Below are positions 24,501 to 41,203 of a stretch of DNA of 64,000 bases, piece by piece. How positions within the stretch are numbered: position 1 is the stretch's first letter; every line of letters starts with the position of its first letter. The notes beneath the pieces are model-generated. The model was not told the origin of the DNA. It did no database searches and saw nothing but the letters and a program-made list of their open reading frames with translations. Location of the stretch: NCBI RefSeq assembly GCF_009914755.1, contig NC_060942.1; one strand, written 5' to 3'. This stretch comes from the human T2T-CHM13v2.0 reference genome, Homo sapiens. The translations under genes and the position numbers were made by a program.

Positions 24501-27500
24501 AAAAAACCAAAAAAACCAAAACCAAAAATAAAAAAAACAGAAAGATATTCCATGTTTGTGGATTGGAAGAAAAATATTGTTAAAATGTCCATACTACCCA
24601 AAGCAATCTACAGACTCAATGCAATCCCTATCAAAATACAAATGACATACAGAAATGGAAAAAACAGCTCTAAAATTTATACGGAAGCACAAAAGACCCA
24701 GAATAGCCAAAACCATCCTAAGCATAAAGAACAAAACTAGAGGGATCACATTACTTGATTTCAAATTATACTACAGAGCTGTAGTAACTAAAACAGCATA
24801 GTACTGGCATAAAAACAGACAGACACATAGACCAATGGAACAGAACAGAGAACCCAGAAACAAATCCACACACCTACAGTGTACTCATTTTCAACTAAGG
24901 TGCCAAGAACAGACATGGGGAAAAGACAGTCTCTTCAATAAATGGTGCTGGCAAAACAGTATCTATATGCAGAAGAAAGAAACTAGATCATCCCTCACCA
25001 TATACAAAAATCAAATCAAAATGGATTAAAGACTTAAATCTAAGACCTCAAACTATGAAACAGCTACAAAAAAACAAAAAACAAACAAACAAACAAACAA
25101 ACAAACAAACAAAATTGAGGAAAATATCCAGGACATTGGTCTGGGAAAAAATTTCTTGAGCAATACCCCACAAGCACAGGCAACCAAAGCAAAATGGACA
25201 TATGGGATCACATCAAGTTGAAAAGCTTCTCCACAGCAAAGGAAACAACAAAGCAAGGAGACAACCCAGAGGATGGGAGAAAACATTTGCAAACTATACA
25301 TCCGACAGAAATTAATAACCAAATTTTTTCTCTATAGGGAAAAAAATCTAATAACCTGAGCTCTTCATATGAAAAAAAATCTGATAATCTGATTAAAACA
25401 TGGGCAAAAGATTTGAAGAGACATTTTTCAAAAGAAGACATACAAACGGCAAACAGGCATATGGAAAGGTGCTAAACATCATTGATCATCAGAGAAAAGC
25501 AAATCAAAATGACAATGAGATATCATCTCACCCCAGTTAAAATGGCTTATATCCAAAAGACAGGCAATAACAAATGCTGGCGAGGATGTGGAGAAAAGGG
25601 AACCCTCGTGCACTGTTGGTGGGAATGTAAATTAGTACAACCACTCCAAACAACAGTTTGGAGGTTCCTCAAAAAACTAAAAATAGAGCTACCATATGAC
25701 CCAGCAATCCCACTGCTAGGTATGTACCCAAAAGAAAGAAAATCAGTATATTGAAGAGATATTTGCACCCTCATGTTTGCTGCAGCACTGTTCACAACAG
25801 CCAAGATTTGGAAGCAACTGAAGTGTTCATCAACAGATGAATGGAAAAAAAAAGTCTAGTACTTACACACAATGGCATACTATTCAGCTGTATAAAAGAA
25901 TGAGATCTTTTCATTTGCAACAACATGGATAGAACGTAAGGTCATTATATTAAGTGAAATAAGCCAGGCACAGAAAGACAAACATTGCATGTTTTCATTG
26001 ATTTATGGGATCTAAAACTCAAAACAATTGAACTCATGGAGACAGACAGTAGAAGGATGATTACCCCGAGGCTAGGAAGGATAGCAGGGGTGTGGGGAGG
26101 AGGTGGAGATGGTCAAAATATACAAAAACAATAATTAGAAGGAATGAACAAGACCTAGTATTTAACAGCCCAACAGGGTGGCTACAGTCAATAATAATTT
26201 CATGGTACATTTTAAAATAACTAAAAGAGTGTGATTGGGTTTTTTGTAACACAAAGGATAAATGCTTGAGGGGATGGATACCCCATATTCCATGATGTGA
26301 TTATTACGCATTGCATGCCTATATAAAAGCATAGTTTGTACCCCATAAATATATACACATAGTATGAGTACATGAGATGCTTTGTAACCACAAAAATTAA
26401 AAATAACAAATTAGAAATAAAAACAAAGTAAAATAAAATAAAATTAGGACCATTGATCCTGACAGTACAATAGATATATCTGGGAAAATTTAAAAAAATA
26501 CTGTTGTCTAGGCTCCGTCTTTTACAACTAGGATCTCTAGGAGTGGGAGTAAGCCAAGCGGCAATACACAATAGTAGTGCTTTATAATAGGAAGAAAGTG
26601 TGAGTCACCATGTTGAAGATGTGTACAAATGTTTGAGGAACTAACACAGGTCCAGAAACTTCTAACCTTCTTACCTGGATTTTAGATATGAAACTATCCC
26701 CCTTTGAGTTGTTGTTACCTATTTATTGTCCATTATGAGAAACCTCTTTATTGACCACAATTATAATAATGAATTTATCAAGGACCAAAAAGGCCTGAAG
26801 TCTAAGCTAAAAACAAAAAAGGTTGAAAAGGGAAACAATCCCAAGGTAGACCCCAATAGTGCCTTTGAAGTGGCTGACAACTCATAAGCCCAGAGCCACA
26901 GACTTTAAGCCACAGCTCTTTGAGCTCATGGGAGACACAGCTTAGGCTCCAACAGCCTACTTTTCCTCTCTGGAAGGCAGGAAAACAAGCTCTGGCTTGA
27001 AGAAGCACACAGCAATGAGGTGGTCGGCCTTTTTCAGCATGTCCCAATTCAGCCTCTGTGGCTCAGCCAGGCCCTGGCAGCCTAAGGCTCTTTCTGGAAG
27101 TTGGGTAACAAATCAAGTTGGGCTGCAGACAGCTGCAGGCAGAGGCCATCCCACAGCACCCTACACTCCCCTCTCCCTACACTGCTTCCTCTTACTTATT
27201 GGCAATACCAGCCATTATTTCTAACCAAGGTATTATTTTTCTTAAATATAATTTATCCTGCCTTTGAGGATGTTGTATAAAAATTTATTAATATGTGGTT
27301 GTGTGATGTCACCATGGATCTTGCATATGTAGGGAGATTTGCTTGGTTTACAAGACATCCAGAATTTAAAAAATGACTGGCAGTGATCTGAGCATTTAGC
27401 TTTTACCAATGTGGCGAGGGACAGCTGAAAGTGAAAGGATAAAATGCCAACTTATGGTTAAATTGCTTGATTTTGTGTCCTTCAATCTCATCATCTCACC

Positions 27501-27684
27501 ACTTTGAGGCAGCAAATTTAATGCCATTACAATTGCTATTAAAGCATTTGCATAGATAATCCTATAATAGAAAGCAAATATCATTATGTCTCCTTTCACA
27601 GTTTTGCTTCAATGATTCCTTGCCAAAAACCAGCTCCGTCACCCTCTTGGTTATCCTCCATGTCCTCAAACTTAATATTTTAAA

Positions 27685-27797
27685 AATTTATTTTTAATAT
27701 ATTTTTATTGTATATATCTAAGATGTACAACATGATGTTTTGATATACATATACATAGTGAAATGATCACTACAGTCAAGCAGATTAAAATATCCCC
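27685..27797 (-). mobile_element. short L1MA 3' fragment
   Basis: gtacaacatgatgttttgatatacatatacatagtgaaatgatcactacagtcaagc, homologous to 17865-17935. Confidence 0.8.
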
Positions 27798-28667
27798 CAA
27801 ACCAAAATTTTTACACACACATACACATCTAATGTAAAAAAAAAAATCCAGGATGGCTCATGCAGAAATCATTTACTTTTAGCACCTGCCAAGGGGTGGA
27901 GCTGCAGAACCACAGACTACCAGGAGACTGCTTTTTCTGTCCCATCAGAACAGTATTTTTTTTTTCAAATGATTTAGGAAGACCCACCTTCCATTACTTT
28001 TCCTGATGAAGTGTGGTATTGGGTTTTTAGCCCTTTGTTTTCTCTGGTAATTTTACCCTGATTCCACATGTGGTGTAAATTCCTTAACAATTCACCTCTT
28101 TGATGTAAGATCTGGGTAGAGAGAGCATACTTGGGGGCGCAGCCTTCAAATAACACATCTTGATAAGACGTGTGCATAAAATGCAAAGAAGAAATAAGTG
28201 GCCAGAGAAAATGATGGTGCAGAAAATGTGTTTCTTAAAGAAGGGTTGTTAATTTTAATGTTTGGTTCTAAAACTCTTTGCTGCACCCCCATTTAACAGC
28301 TAAAACATAGGACTCAGGGAGAAAATGAAGGTGTCAGGAAATTTAGGCTGAAATTCCTGGGTTGGAAGGAGCACAGTAAATGAAGCCCAGCCTTTTTCGT
28401 GTTTTATATTCATTAAGCATAGCAATGTACTGATAACGTTTTTTAAGCTGTCATTACATCTAGTTGATATTTAATCTGAATTTTAATATTTAAAAGGATA
28501 CTCAGGATCTTCATTAGAGCCATAAAAAATTCAAGCAGGGCTACTGTTTGGAACTGTAACAAAGCAATTTATACTCCTATCATTTCACTTAAATTAGAGT
28601 GAGGAAAGAAATTTAGATTTTTTGAAAAGTGCAATCAGCCTCTTAAATAAAAAAGCAACTGGTGTCA

Positions 28668-28681
28668 CCATTAGGTGGCAG
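28668..28681 (+). promoter_or_regulatory. candidate CTCF motif
   Basis: CCATTAGGTGGCAG, 13/14 match to CCASYAGRKGGCRS; motif only. Confidence 0.35.
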
Positions 28682-29789
28682 GCACACTGCAGCCAGCTGT
28701 CACTTAGGCTGGGTGGAAGCGAGCCTGGACACCAAGGCAGAAATTCCTGGTCCCTTTCCTGGATCTTTCTTTCAGTCATTTAAGCTTGCAGAAGACAATG
28801 TGCATGGAAACCAGCAGCAGGCATTTTAATGCACCTTTGACACTGTTTCAACATTTGGTCTTCAGCTGCATGGACTGCTCATTCAGCTTCTCTTTGCCCT
28901 CCTGTGGTGTCTGAGCTGGCTAGCCCCTGCTGCTTTAGTTCTTTCAGCTGTAGGATTTTCATCACATGTGCATGTCAGAATCTGCACTGGGTTTGGACTG
29001 AAGACTCTGTCTTTTGTATTCGCTCCATTTCCAGTGGGTCAGGAGAATTAGTGTAATGGGCTGGTGTGTTTTATAACAAATGCCATTCTAGAATTCCATC
29101 CTTGTCGTCTAATGTTTGGGCAAAAAGTAGAAAAGAATAGCTAAAAAATGAAATCATGGTAATTGCTAGGACTCTCAGCATCTGCTAATGTAATACTTTT
29201 CCTTTAATTATGTCCCATAATATGTAACCTTTACTTTCTCAGGTCACACCGGCTAGAGGGACAAATTGCAAAGTGCAGTTTACAATCATAAGGGTGGCAA
29301 TAACAGTCTTTGGTTTCAGATCCTCCACCCAGCAGAATCTAAGGGCGAAGTCCCTGAATTCCCCATCCTACTCCTGACAGTTTTTGGCAGCACAGGCTCT
29401 TCTCCTTGGAGGCCATTACAGTTTCTTTTTATTATACCTGGCACTATTCACTCTGATTTCTCACCCAAAGAAGAGACACCTGTGCTGCCCACGCTGGCCC
29501 TGCCTCTCCTGCTGTTATTAATATTTTGTTGAGCCCATCACTCCTATGGCAAAAGGTACTCTTGCTGGGCTCCCAGCAAGAGGCTGACCTTGGATTTTTA
29601 GTATTTTATAGTTCTCCGACTCTAGGAATTTGGAATGCATTCCCCTGAAGCTGGATTGGAGAAGATTTAAGTAGCAGCACCAATGATCAAATCCAGAAAT
29701 GTTCCTTTCCACCAACAGGCAAATTATACTCCAGAATAAAGCCCTGGACTCTTGAATCATGACCTATTCTTCCTCTAGCGGTACAGCTT

Positions 29790-30000
29790 GGGTTCAGATA
29801 TTGGACTTTCCGCTTCGTAGGAGTGTGGCCTTGGATAAGGTAACTTCTCTCTGCCTCAGTTTTCTCATATGTAATATAAGGGCAATCACAGGATCAACTT
29901 CCTAGAGTTGCTGTGAGGATTAGATGAGTTAATGCATGTAATGGGCTGATAGTGCCTGGCTCATAGCAAGCACATAACCAATGTCAGCTATTAGTATTAT
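29790..30000 (+). mobile_element. MIR
   Basis: tgtggccttggataaggtaacttctctctgcctcagttttctcatatgtaa...gttgctgtgaggattagatgag...agtgcctggctcatagcaagcac. Confidence 0.85.
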
Positions 30001-30309
30001 TAAAAAATTTTGATCTATGTATTCCGGGGACTGACCACTAGTTTCTATTTTTTCCAAAGAGGTAATTGAGATTTCATGCCCAGGGTCTCTGATGTTTTGC
30101 CCCAGTATACCAGAATGCTAGAATAATGAGGGCAGCTTTAGGTTGCTATCTCTACCCTCTCACCCCTCACTCTGGAAAGTTCCATGAAATAAACATGTTT
30201 TTAAAAAAAGTTCTGATATGAAAATTACGATTGATCTGATGCCAAGACTGGCAAGTAAGAGTAAAGCCCTCAGAGTTTGCTTTGTATTTGGCAGTCTAGT
30301 TAGACATTA

Positions 30310-30850
30310 ATGTATTTATATTTTAGCCATCAATCTCCCTTTCTCCTTAAAAGTACTTCAAGTTTCTTTTGGGGAAACTACCTTCCTTCCTTCTCAGCCC
30401 TGTGTGATTGGGTAAGATTGAACCTACCCTGGTTCCAGAGTGGCCCCTGATTGGCCAATGTCAGGACCATCCCATCTGCTCTGGCCCTGTGATTGGCTCA
30501 TTGAAGGATCTGTAACAAATCAGGACCATAGAGACTTGAGGAGCTATTTGCTGGGGTTTCTGGGTAAGGAAAATGTAGCACTTCTTCCAAACGCTATAGG
30601 AAGAGACTCCTCCCTTCCTCTGCCTGAAGAATCCTGAGAATGTGAGATCTGGAGTGAGGCAGCTTTAGGAGCAAGTCAGCCCAACGGCGAGAGATGGAAC
30701 TTAGCCCTGGGCAATATCTTTCCAGTTGCTGGATCCAAACTCACCGCATCTTCCTCCAGCCTTCTCAGCTACGATTCAACAAATATCCTTTATTAATTTA
30801 GTCCGAGTTGAGGGTTTTTGAGTGTGTGTGTGTGTGTCACTTGCAGCATA
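30310..30850. mobile_element. ERVL-type solo LTR (LTR16-like)
   Basis: ttggccaat..ccatccc..ctggccctgtgattggctca...gctggatccaa...aacaaatatcc...tgtcacttgcagc. Confidence 0.55.
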
Positions 30851-32789
30851 AATGGTGTGTCCCTACTGAAACGCTGCATTACAGTTAAAACATTCCTATG
30901 GCAAACAGAAACCCTTCATGATTTCAGAAGATAAAACTTGTAAACTATTCTTGCTATCTCATTTGGATGTAGACGTCTAAAATGTTGAAAAATTTCAAAG
31001 CTTTGGGTACTTACATATGACCTCCCTTGATGTACAAACCCAGAGTGGAATCATCTGTTAAATTGAATTTCCAGAAAGGGGTTCCATCTATCAATTAGGA
31101 AATGGCCTTTTTTTTTTTTGCACTTTACCAATTTATTGTAATTGAGTGCTTGGTGCATAGCAAGTGCTCATGGAATGTTTAAGAAGTGGAGTTTTCTGGT
31201 TATACTTGAATTTCTGATTAATTGAAAGTTAATTAGAAACTCTCCCCCCACCACCTACCATTTCCTCTCTTTAGAAAATCTTTGTAAAATGTATGAGTGC
31301 ACTCTTTCCTTAGTAATTACAGTATAGTGAGCATAATTGCATTTTTGATGATTAAGAATTTTACAGTGCCTGAGGGTTGCCAGTCAGACTATAAATTCTC
31401 ATTGTAGGATATTTTACATGGAGAAGTTGCAGGAAATTGGGCTAAATATCGATTGATCCTGGGACAGTCTCTAGAAGTTTATTTTCTAAAAACTTGAATA
31501 TCTATTAGTTTTCATTGTCCTTTAAATTTTTCTTCAAATTTTTTTTTGTGCAAAAGTTTAATCAGAATTTTGATCAGCTAGATTTGGGTTAAGAAAAAAT
31601 TTGCTATGTTTTTTGTTAAATCATTTGAATGCTGGTATCAGTAATGGTACAGTGAAATTATTCACGTGGGGCAAGATTGGAGGTGTGCATTACGCGAAGG
31701 GTGGGATAAAAGAACCTGACAGCGTTATGAGTTTCAATGAGGAGGTTATGTTAGGATTAACTTCGATTGTGCAAGTTTACTGTTGACTGTAAATTCAAGG
31801 AATGAGGGGATGTCAATGTCAGGGCATCCAGCAAGTAGGAATTATCTTCCATTTTTGTCCTGTTTCTTTTGTGGAGAAATGGCCCTGCATGTTCAGATCT
31901 TCCTATATCCTGTGGCTGAAGCCACCATTGGTGGGTTAATGTAGAGGTTGATATAGAGGGAACACATCAGGCAAGTACATATTGTTCATGGCAATCTTTT
32001 CTCTAGATTCATCTTTTTGAGTCTCTTTCACCAGTAGACTGATCAGCTGGAGGTGATTTAGGAATATGGGATCAGGGCCATAAATCTTTCTATTCCCATC
32101 AAAGATATGACTAACAGCTAGAGTCAGGGGTCTAAAGGGGATGCCACACCCCATGTAGTTATCCAAGAAAGTGGCAGGCTAACCATTAATGTGTGACCAG
32201 GGATGGGATGCAGAAATTGTTGGTCAAATCAAGAGGGTGTGAAGGGCCATATTGGTGTCCAGGAAGGAAACATTAGGTTGCAGAACATGGCAGATGGTAG
32301 TGGGTCCTCCTCTTTGTCTCAATACCCTTAACGTCTCAATTCCCTTCTTTTTACCCCTTCTTCCAATGCCTTCTCATCTTCAAGAGGTGATATTTTGGCA
32401 CTGTTCAGAAACTGGCATTGGACAAGTTAAAAGTATGTTTTTGTATTATTTTCCACCAAGTTTGTCCTTTACTAGGGTTGTCTTTAAGTGTTGCTGTTAC
32501 TGACCTACTGTCTGCAGGGCCTGTGCCTTGAGTTGTGTATGTAGTAGTGAAGAATTAAGCTTGAGTTTGTGAAACTCTCTCACCAGTCTCCCCTGTGAAT
32601 CTGGCTTTGCATTTGTAGGAAAATTATGGGGGTTTCCCAGAAGACTATGTATTTCCTGGAAGACTGATGAGATTGAGAGAGTTCATGACCAGGGTACTAA
32701 CTCCTCTTCATGCAAAGGAAACTGTTTATTTTATTCTATTTAAAAATCAGGTTTAAACCTCAGTCACTTCTCATTAGCATCATTCTATG

Positions 32790-33950
<1,161 letters not shown>

Positions 33951-35558
33951 AAAGATGAATAGCTCATTTTTGAATATGCTGAAGTTTGAGTGTGTACATG
34001 TTCAGCCTGAGAGGTGAACTTGCTCTTTGAGAGCTGGGATATGTCTCATTCGCCTTTGTAGCCTTAGCACACAACAAGGCATTTATTTAATTATTCGTTT
34101 ATTCATTTATTCATTCAACCAATATTGATTAAATGACTACTCTGTATCAGGACCTGGCATGTAATAGGAGCTGAATAATTGTTTGCTTAATTGAACTAAA
34201 CTAACTTTTATGGATCCTCACCTAGTTAAGTTGTCATTCTATTGAGAACTTCTACTTGGTAGACTTTATTTGGTAGGACCGTTAGTTTAATGGGGACTGG
34301 GTGAAGGAGTGGAAGCATAATGATAACTGTTTCATAGGAGGGGGAGTTAATGACTTGTACCTGCAAGGACCAGATCATGGGCTTACAATGGGAGTTCAGC
34401 CTGCCTTCCGCTGTGTGCCCCAGCTTTGAAGTAGACAACACAAAAGTCTTGGGGAACTTATTTATAGACATTTTCCAAAAGCAGAGGGAAGGATGGAATG
34501 GGTGGGTTGCATGAGTCACTTAGGTATTCATGCCTAAATCAGAACCCTGTACTTCATAAGATTAACCGTATTCATGCCTCTTTTTTTGTATGATTTGTGT
34601 ATTTTCTTCATACTTTTAAGTTACATTTTTCCTTAGGTGTTGACATTTTTCAAAATTTCAGTCTGTCTTTCTTATGCGAGTGAAGGAAAACAAAGCCATC
34701 TTTAGGTGATTCGTTTCTATTTTGGGTTGGAATTTTATGTGGAGAGTAACATACTACCCAGACTAGGTATTGTGGTGTCAGGGTCCTAAAGAAGGAATAT
34801 GCACTAGGGAAAGTGTAGGGAAAAGTCAGGCTCAGCTGCACAGAATCCTTTTCTACGAGGGAAGTTCTTTTCCAGAGGTCTTTTCTCGGGCATTGGAGAT
34901 GTTGTGTAGCGTGGTGATGGGAGTCAGGGTGCTGGATTGGAGTAATCCTGATCCTGATTATATGTACTCATGCAAATGATTCATTCTTTTAGGCGTCCAT
35001 TTTCTCATCTATAAGAGAGATAATTATACCTGATTCACCTTCTAACATGCTAAATGATTTGCCTAATTACTGTGTTATTTTTTATCCCCCCTAGAATGTT
35101 AGCTTCTACAAATAAAACTGGGGCAGAGTTTTATTTGCATTGATCCCTGTGTATCCCATGTGCTGGGGACATGGTTACCTTGGAGGTAATTTCAAGGCAA
35201 AGGAAGTAGAGGAAGTGGGAGGAATAATTGGGGTGGTAAAAGGACAATATGTTCCTGAAAGTCAATGTAGAAAGGGGTTTCATGAAGAAGATGGCAACAG
35301 GGCTGGATACTGAGGAGAGACAGAAGGGAAAATCCAAGGATAGGTCTTTGGATTTTGTAATTAGGAGGATACTGGTGCCTTAGAGAAGCCAAAAGCCATT
35401 GAAAAACCCAATAGTCAGTGATAAGAAGGCTAAAGAGATGGAAGGATGTGGTGACAGTGAGTTACAGCAACCCTTTCCAGAAGCTCAACAAAGAAGAGGA
35501 GCGGGATGGGACTTAATCTTGATGACAAAAAAGGTTCAAGGGAAGAGTTGTATTTTTA

Positions 35559-35877
35559 TAATTTATTTATTTTTATTTTATTTTATTTTATTTTTTTGAG
35601 ATGGAGTCTCGCTCTGTCACCCAGGCTGGAGTGCAATGGTGCAATCTTGGCTCACTGCAACCTCCAGATCCTGGGTTCAAGTGATTCTCCTGCCTCAGCC
35701 TCCTGAGTAGCTGGGATTACAGGCACACGCCACCACACCAGCCAATTTTTTTTTTTTTCAGTAGAGACAGGGTTTCACCATGTTGGTCAGGCTGGTCTCA
35801 AACTCCTGACCTCGTAATCCTCCTGCCTTGGCCTCCCAAAGTGCTGGGATTATAGGCGTGAGCTACCATGCCTGGCC
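35559..35877 (-). mobile_element. Alu (AluS-type)
   Basis: antisense Alu; perfect 16-bp TSD aagagttgtattttta at 35543-35558 and 35878-35893. Confidence 0.97.
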
Positions 35878-38800
35878 AAGAGTTGTATTTTTAAACCAAG
35901 GAAGGAAGGTGCCCAGGGGCAGGGAGAGGCGGAATATGTGAGGAGAGGCAATTATTATTAAGTACCCGAGGAGGGAAAGAGTGAGATAAAACCCTGAGGG
36001 AAAAGGTTAGTCTCAGAGGACACTTCTGGTTGAATGTGATTAAAAGGGGGAAAACCATGAGAAGCAGGGAGATTGGAAATTTAAGAGAGAATAATTAAAG
36101 GGTTCAAATTGAAGTCATCTAGCGTCTCAGTGAAGTAAGAACCAGATAATATGGCTGTAGTTTGGTGAGGACTTGCAAAGGGTAGAAAAGTTTTCAAAGA
36201 GCTATACAGAGAATCTCAATAGGGATCAGTATACATAATTGATGAGATGGCTCAGTGGACAGAGACAAGTGGAATTAGATGGCATGGACATGCTGCAGAT
36301 CCCATCTACTCAGTTATGTGAACTTCCCCCTCAGTAATGCTCTGTATTCAAAATGGGGCTCAAAAGCAAAATGGCTGACTCGAAGAATGTGAGATTAAAA
36401 ATTAGAAGGGAAAGTATGAAGGTGGGTAAACGGGTCCTGGAAAACCACGATCTTATTGAAAGTATGACTGAGAAAATGGACAAAAGTAGTAGAGGATTCA
36501 GCGATAATGTAAAGATCAAGGAATTGAAAGCCCTGAAGACAAAGACTAGATTCAGCAGCAGTGAGAGGGATGGAAGAGGCATAAAGTTAGGTGTGTTTAT
36601 CTGATTAAATCATTCTTTTTGTTTTCAGAAAAGAAATGTGGAAGTAATGAAGTTGGAATTTATGGATTATTCCAATGAAAGCAGTCCTTTGTCCTTTTTC
36701 GCACACAAGTATGCGTTACTGTTTCTGGGTGATAATAACTTCTAGTTAGACTAGAAAGAGCTGAAGAAAGCATTTTTCTACATCAATGTGTAACAATGAG
36801 AAGAGGGAGGTGGGGAGTAGGGGTGGGGGATAACGTCAGTCCTCATCTCAATCATTATGATCATGGAAATTAATTGTTGGGAAGGGAATCTCGAGTTGAA
36901 TTTCCCCTGAAGTTCTTTTCCAGACATATGCTAAGTTATAGCAGGGTTTATTCTAAGTAGCTTTTATTTCCTCTTTCTTCATCTGTAGCAGAAATTAAAA
37001 GAAGTGTCTTTAATAGAAAGCAAGATGCCATCTTATTAGTCATGGTGCCCTAAATCTATTAGCTTTGAGTAGGCAAAGTGGCAGTGATTCTGATATGCCT
37101 GACATTGTCCAGTCACATTTCTAACAGCATTTAAGGAGGTGGTCAAAGTCATGTATCTCTTTTGACCTTGGTAAAAATTAATAGTGTAATGCCTAGTCTG
37201 CCTGTATCTAAAACCCATCTACAAAAAAGTGATAAAGCAGCCCATGTTCTCAAGGAAGAGGATACAGGTTCTGTCCAGCAGCCATTAGGTGGTGCTGCCT
37301 AACAAACATTCCCTTCCCTGTTAGGTCACCTACATGAGTCCTGTTGCCTTTATTGTGGATACAATGGAGAATATTATGTGATTCACTTACAAAAGGTGGA
37401 AGTGGCTGAAATTTCTCTATCACCTCTGTGAAACCTATCAGATTCTCTTTTTTTCTGGAGAGTAGTCAATAGCTGCTCTAAGGAGGCAGCAGACACGAAA
37501 ATGGCTGCTCAGACTGAAAAACAAGCATTGATATTTGAGTAGCACTTTCCACTTTACAAAGAATTTTCACATGTCAGAGTTCCTGGAATATTGGAGGTAA
37601 GCACTCATGACATTTTTTGAATGAATAAGTGGAGTACTGTAGGTAGAGAAAATTAATTCTATATTGACTTCTGATAATGTAGAAATTACATCAAAGTTAG
37701 TTTATGAAAAAAGGTATATGTTTCTGAGACAACATGCATGGCTATTGATAAATGTGACACATAATAACACTTACTCTACTCATACTTATTCTATTGCAGG
37801 GCTATTATGGAAGTTACCTTATTAGCAGAAAATTGAAAAACAATAACAATAAGAAATTTTTATTAAGAGCATATTCTCAGGCTCTCCTTATTTCCAAATG
37901 GTGTCTTCATTGAAGAATTTATTCTCCATTACATAGCTATATATATGACTTTTCTTTTTCTATTTTCAAAAATGTGTTTTTTAATTGACAAAAATTATAT
38001 ATGTTTATTATGTACAACCTAAGTTTTGAAATATGTATACATTGTGGAGTAGCCAAATTGAGCTAATTAACATACACATTACCTCACATTGTTATTTTTT
38101 TGTGGTAAGAACACTTAGAATTGACTTTCTTAGTGATTTTCAAGAGTATAATACATTGTTATTAACTATAATTACCATGTTGTTCAATAGGTCTCTTGAA
38201 CTTACTTCCTCCTGTCTAACTGAAATTTTGTATCCTTTGACCAACATGTCCTCAGCCCTGACCCCTACCCCAAACCCCTGGTAACCACCATTCTACTCTC
38301 TGTTTTATTAGTTTGACTCTTTTAGATTGTACGTATCAGTGAGATCATATGGTATTTGTCTTCTGTTCCTTGCTTATTGCACTTAACATGATGCCCAGGT
38401 TCATCCAAGCTATACCAAATGACAGCATTTTATTCTTTTGTAAGACTGAATAGTATTTTATTATGTATATACTACATTTTCTTTATCCATTCATCTGTTG
38501 ATGAACACTTAGGTTGATTCTATATCTTGGTTCTTGGGAATAATGCTGCAATGAACATCAGAGTGCCAGTATCTTTTCAACATACTGATTCCATTTCCTT
38601 TAGGTATATACCCAGTAGTGGGATTGTTGGATCATATTGTAGTTCTATTTTTAATGTTTTGAGTAACCTCCATAGTGTTTTCCATAATGGCTTACTAATT
38701 TACATTCCTACCAACAATGCACAAGGACTCTGTTTTCTCCACATCCTCTTCAACACTTGTTATCCTTTATCTTTTTGGTGATAGCCATTCTAACAGGTGT

Positions 38801-39738
38801 GAGGCGGTATCTCATTGTGGTTTTAATTTGCATTTCCCTGATAATTAATGTTGAGACTTTTTCATATAGTTTTGGCCATTTGTATGTATTTTTTTGATAA
38901 ATGTCTACATTTTTATACCTTTTTTTTGAAAGTTTTTCTTTTTATCTTGAAGGGATGTTGAACTTTGTCAGCTGCTTTTTCTGCATTTATTGAGATGATT
39001 ATATGTTTTTGGTTTTTCATTCTGTTAATGAGGTATGTCACATTTATTGATTTGTGTATGTTCAATCATCCTTGCATCCCAGAGATAAGTCCCACTTGAT
39101 CATTGTGAATAATCCTTTTAATGTGCTGTTGAATTTGGTTTGCTGGTATTTTGTTGAGGATTTTGCATCAATGTTCATCAGGGATATTGGCCTGTAATTT
39201 TCTTTTCTTGTAGTGTACTTGTCTGGCTTTTGTATCAGGGTAATAGTGGTCTCATAAAATGAGTTTGGAGGTGCTCCGTCCTCTTCAATCTTTTGAAAGA
39301 GTTTAAGGATTGGTATTAGTTCTTTAAATGTTTGGTAGAGTTCAACACTGAAGCCATCAGGCCCTGGGCTTTTCTTTGTTGGGAAACGTTTTATTAAGGA
39401 GACTGAGTCAGTTTCCTTACTTTTTATTGGTCTGTTCAGATTTTCTACTTCTTCATGATTCAGTCTTGATAGGTTTTATGTGTCTAGGAATTTATTTATT
39501 TCTTGTAGGCTATCTGATTTGTTGGCATATAATTGTGCATGGTAGTCTTTTACAATTTTTTGTATTTCAGTGGTATCAGTTGTAATGTCTTTTTTTCATT
39601 TCTGATTTTACTTAAGTCTTTCTTTCTTAGTCTAGTTAAATGTTTTCTGAGTTTATCCTTTCAAAAACCAACTCAGGGTTGTTGATATTTTCTACTTTTT
39701 TTCAATTCTCTCTCTCTCTCTTTTTTTTAACCTAATAA

Positions 39739-41203
<1,465 letters not shown>

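Noticed and set aside
38900-38935. Spliced L1 (SpIRE) as the cause of the ORF2 deletion
   Set aside because: The junction keeps the potential donor (aggtat on -) and does not fit GT-AG removal; a genomic deletion is more likely.
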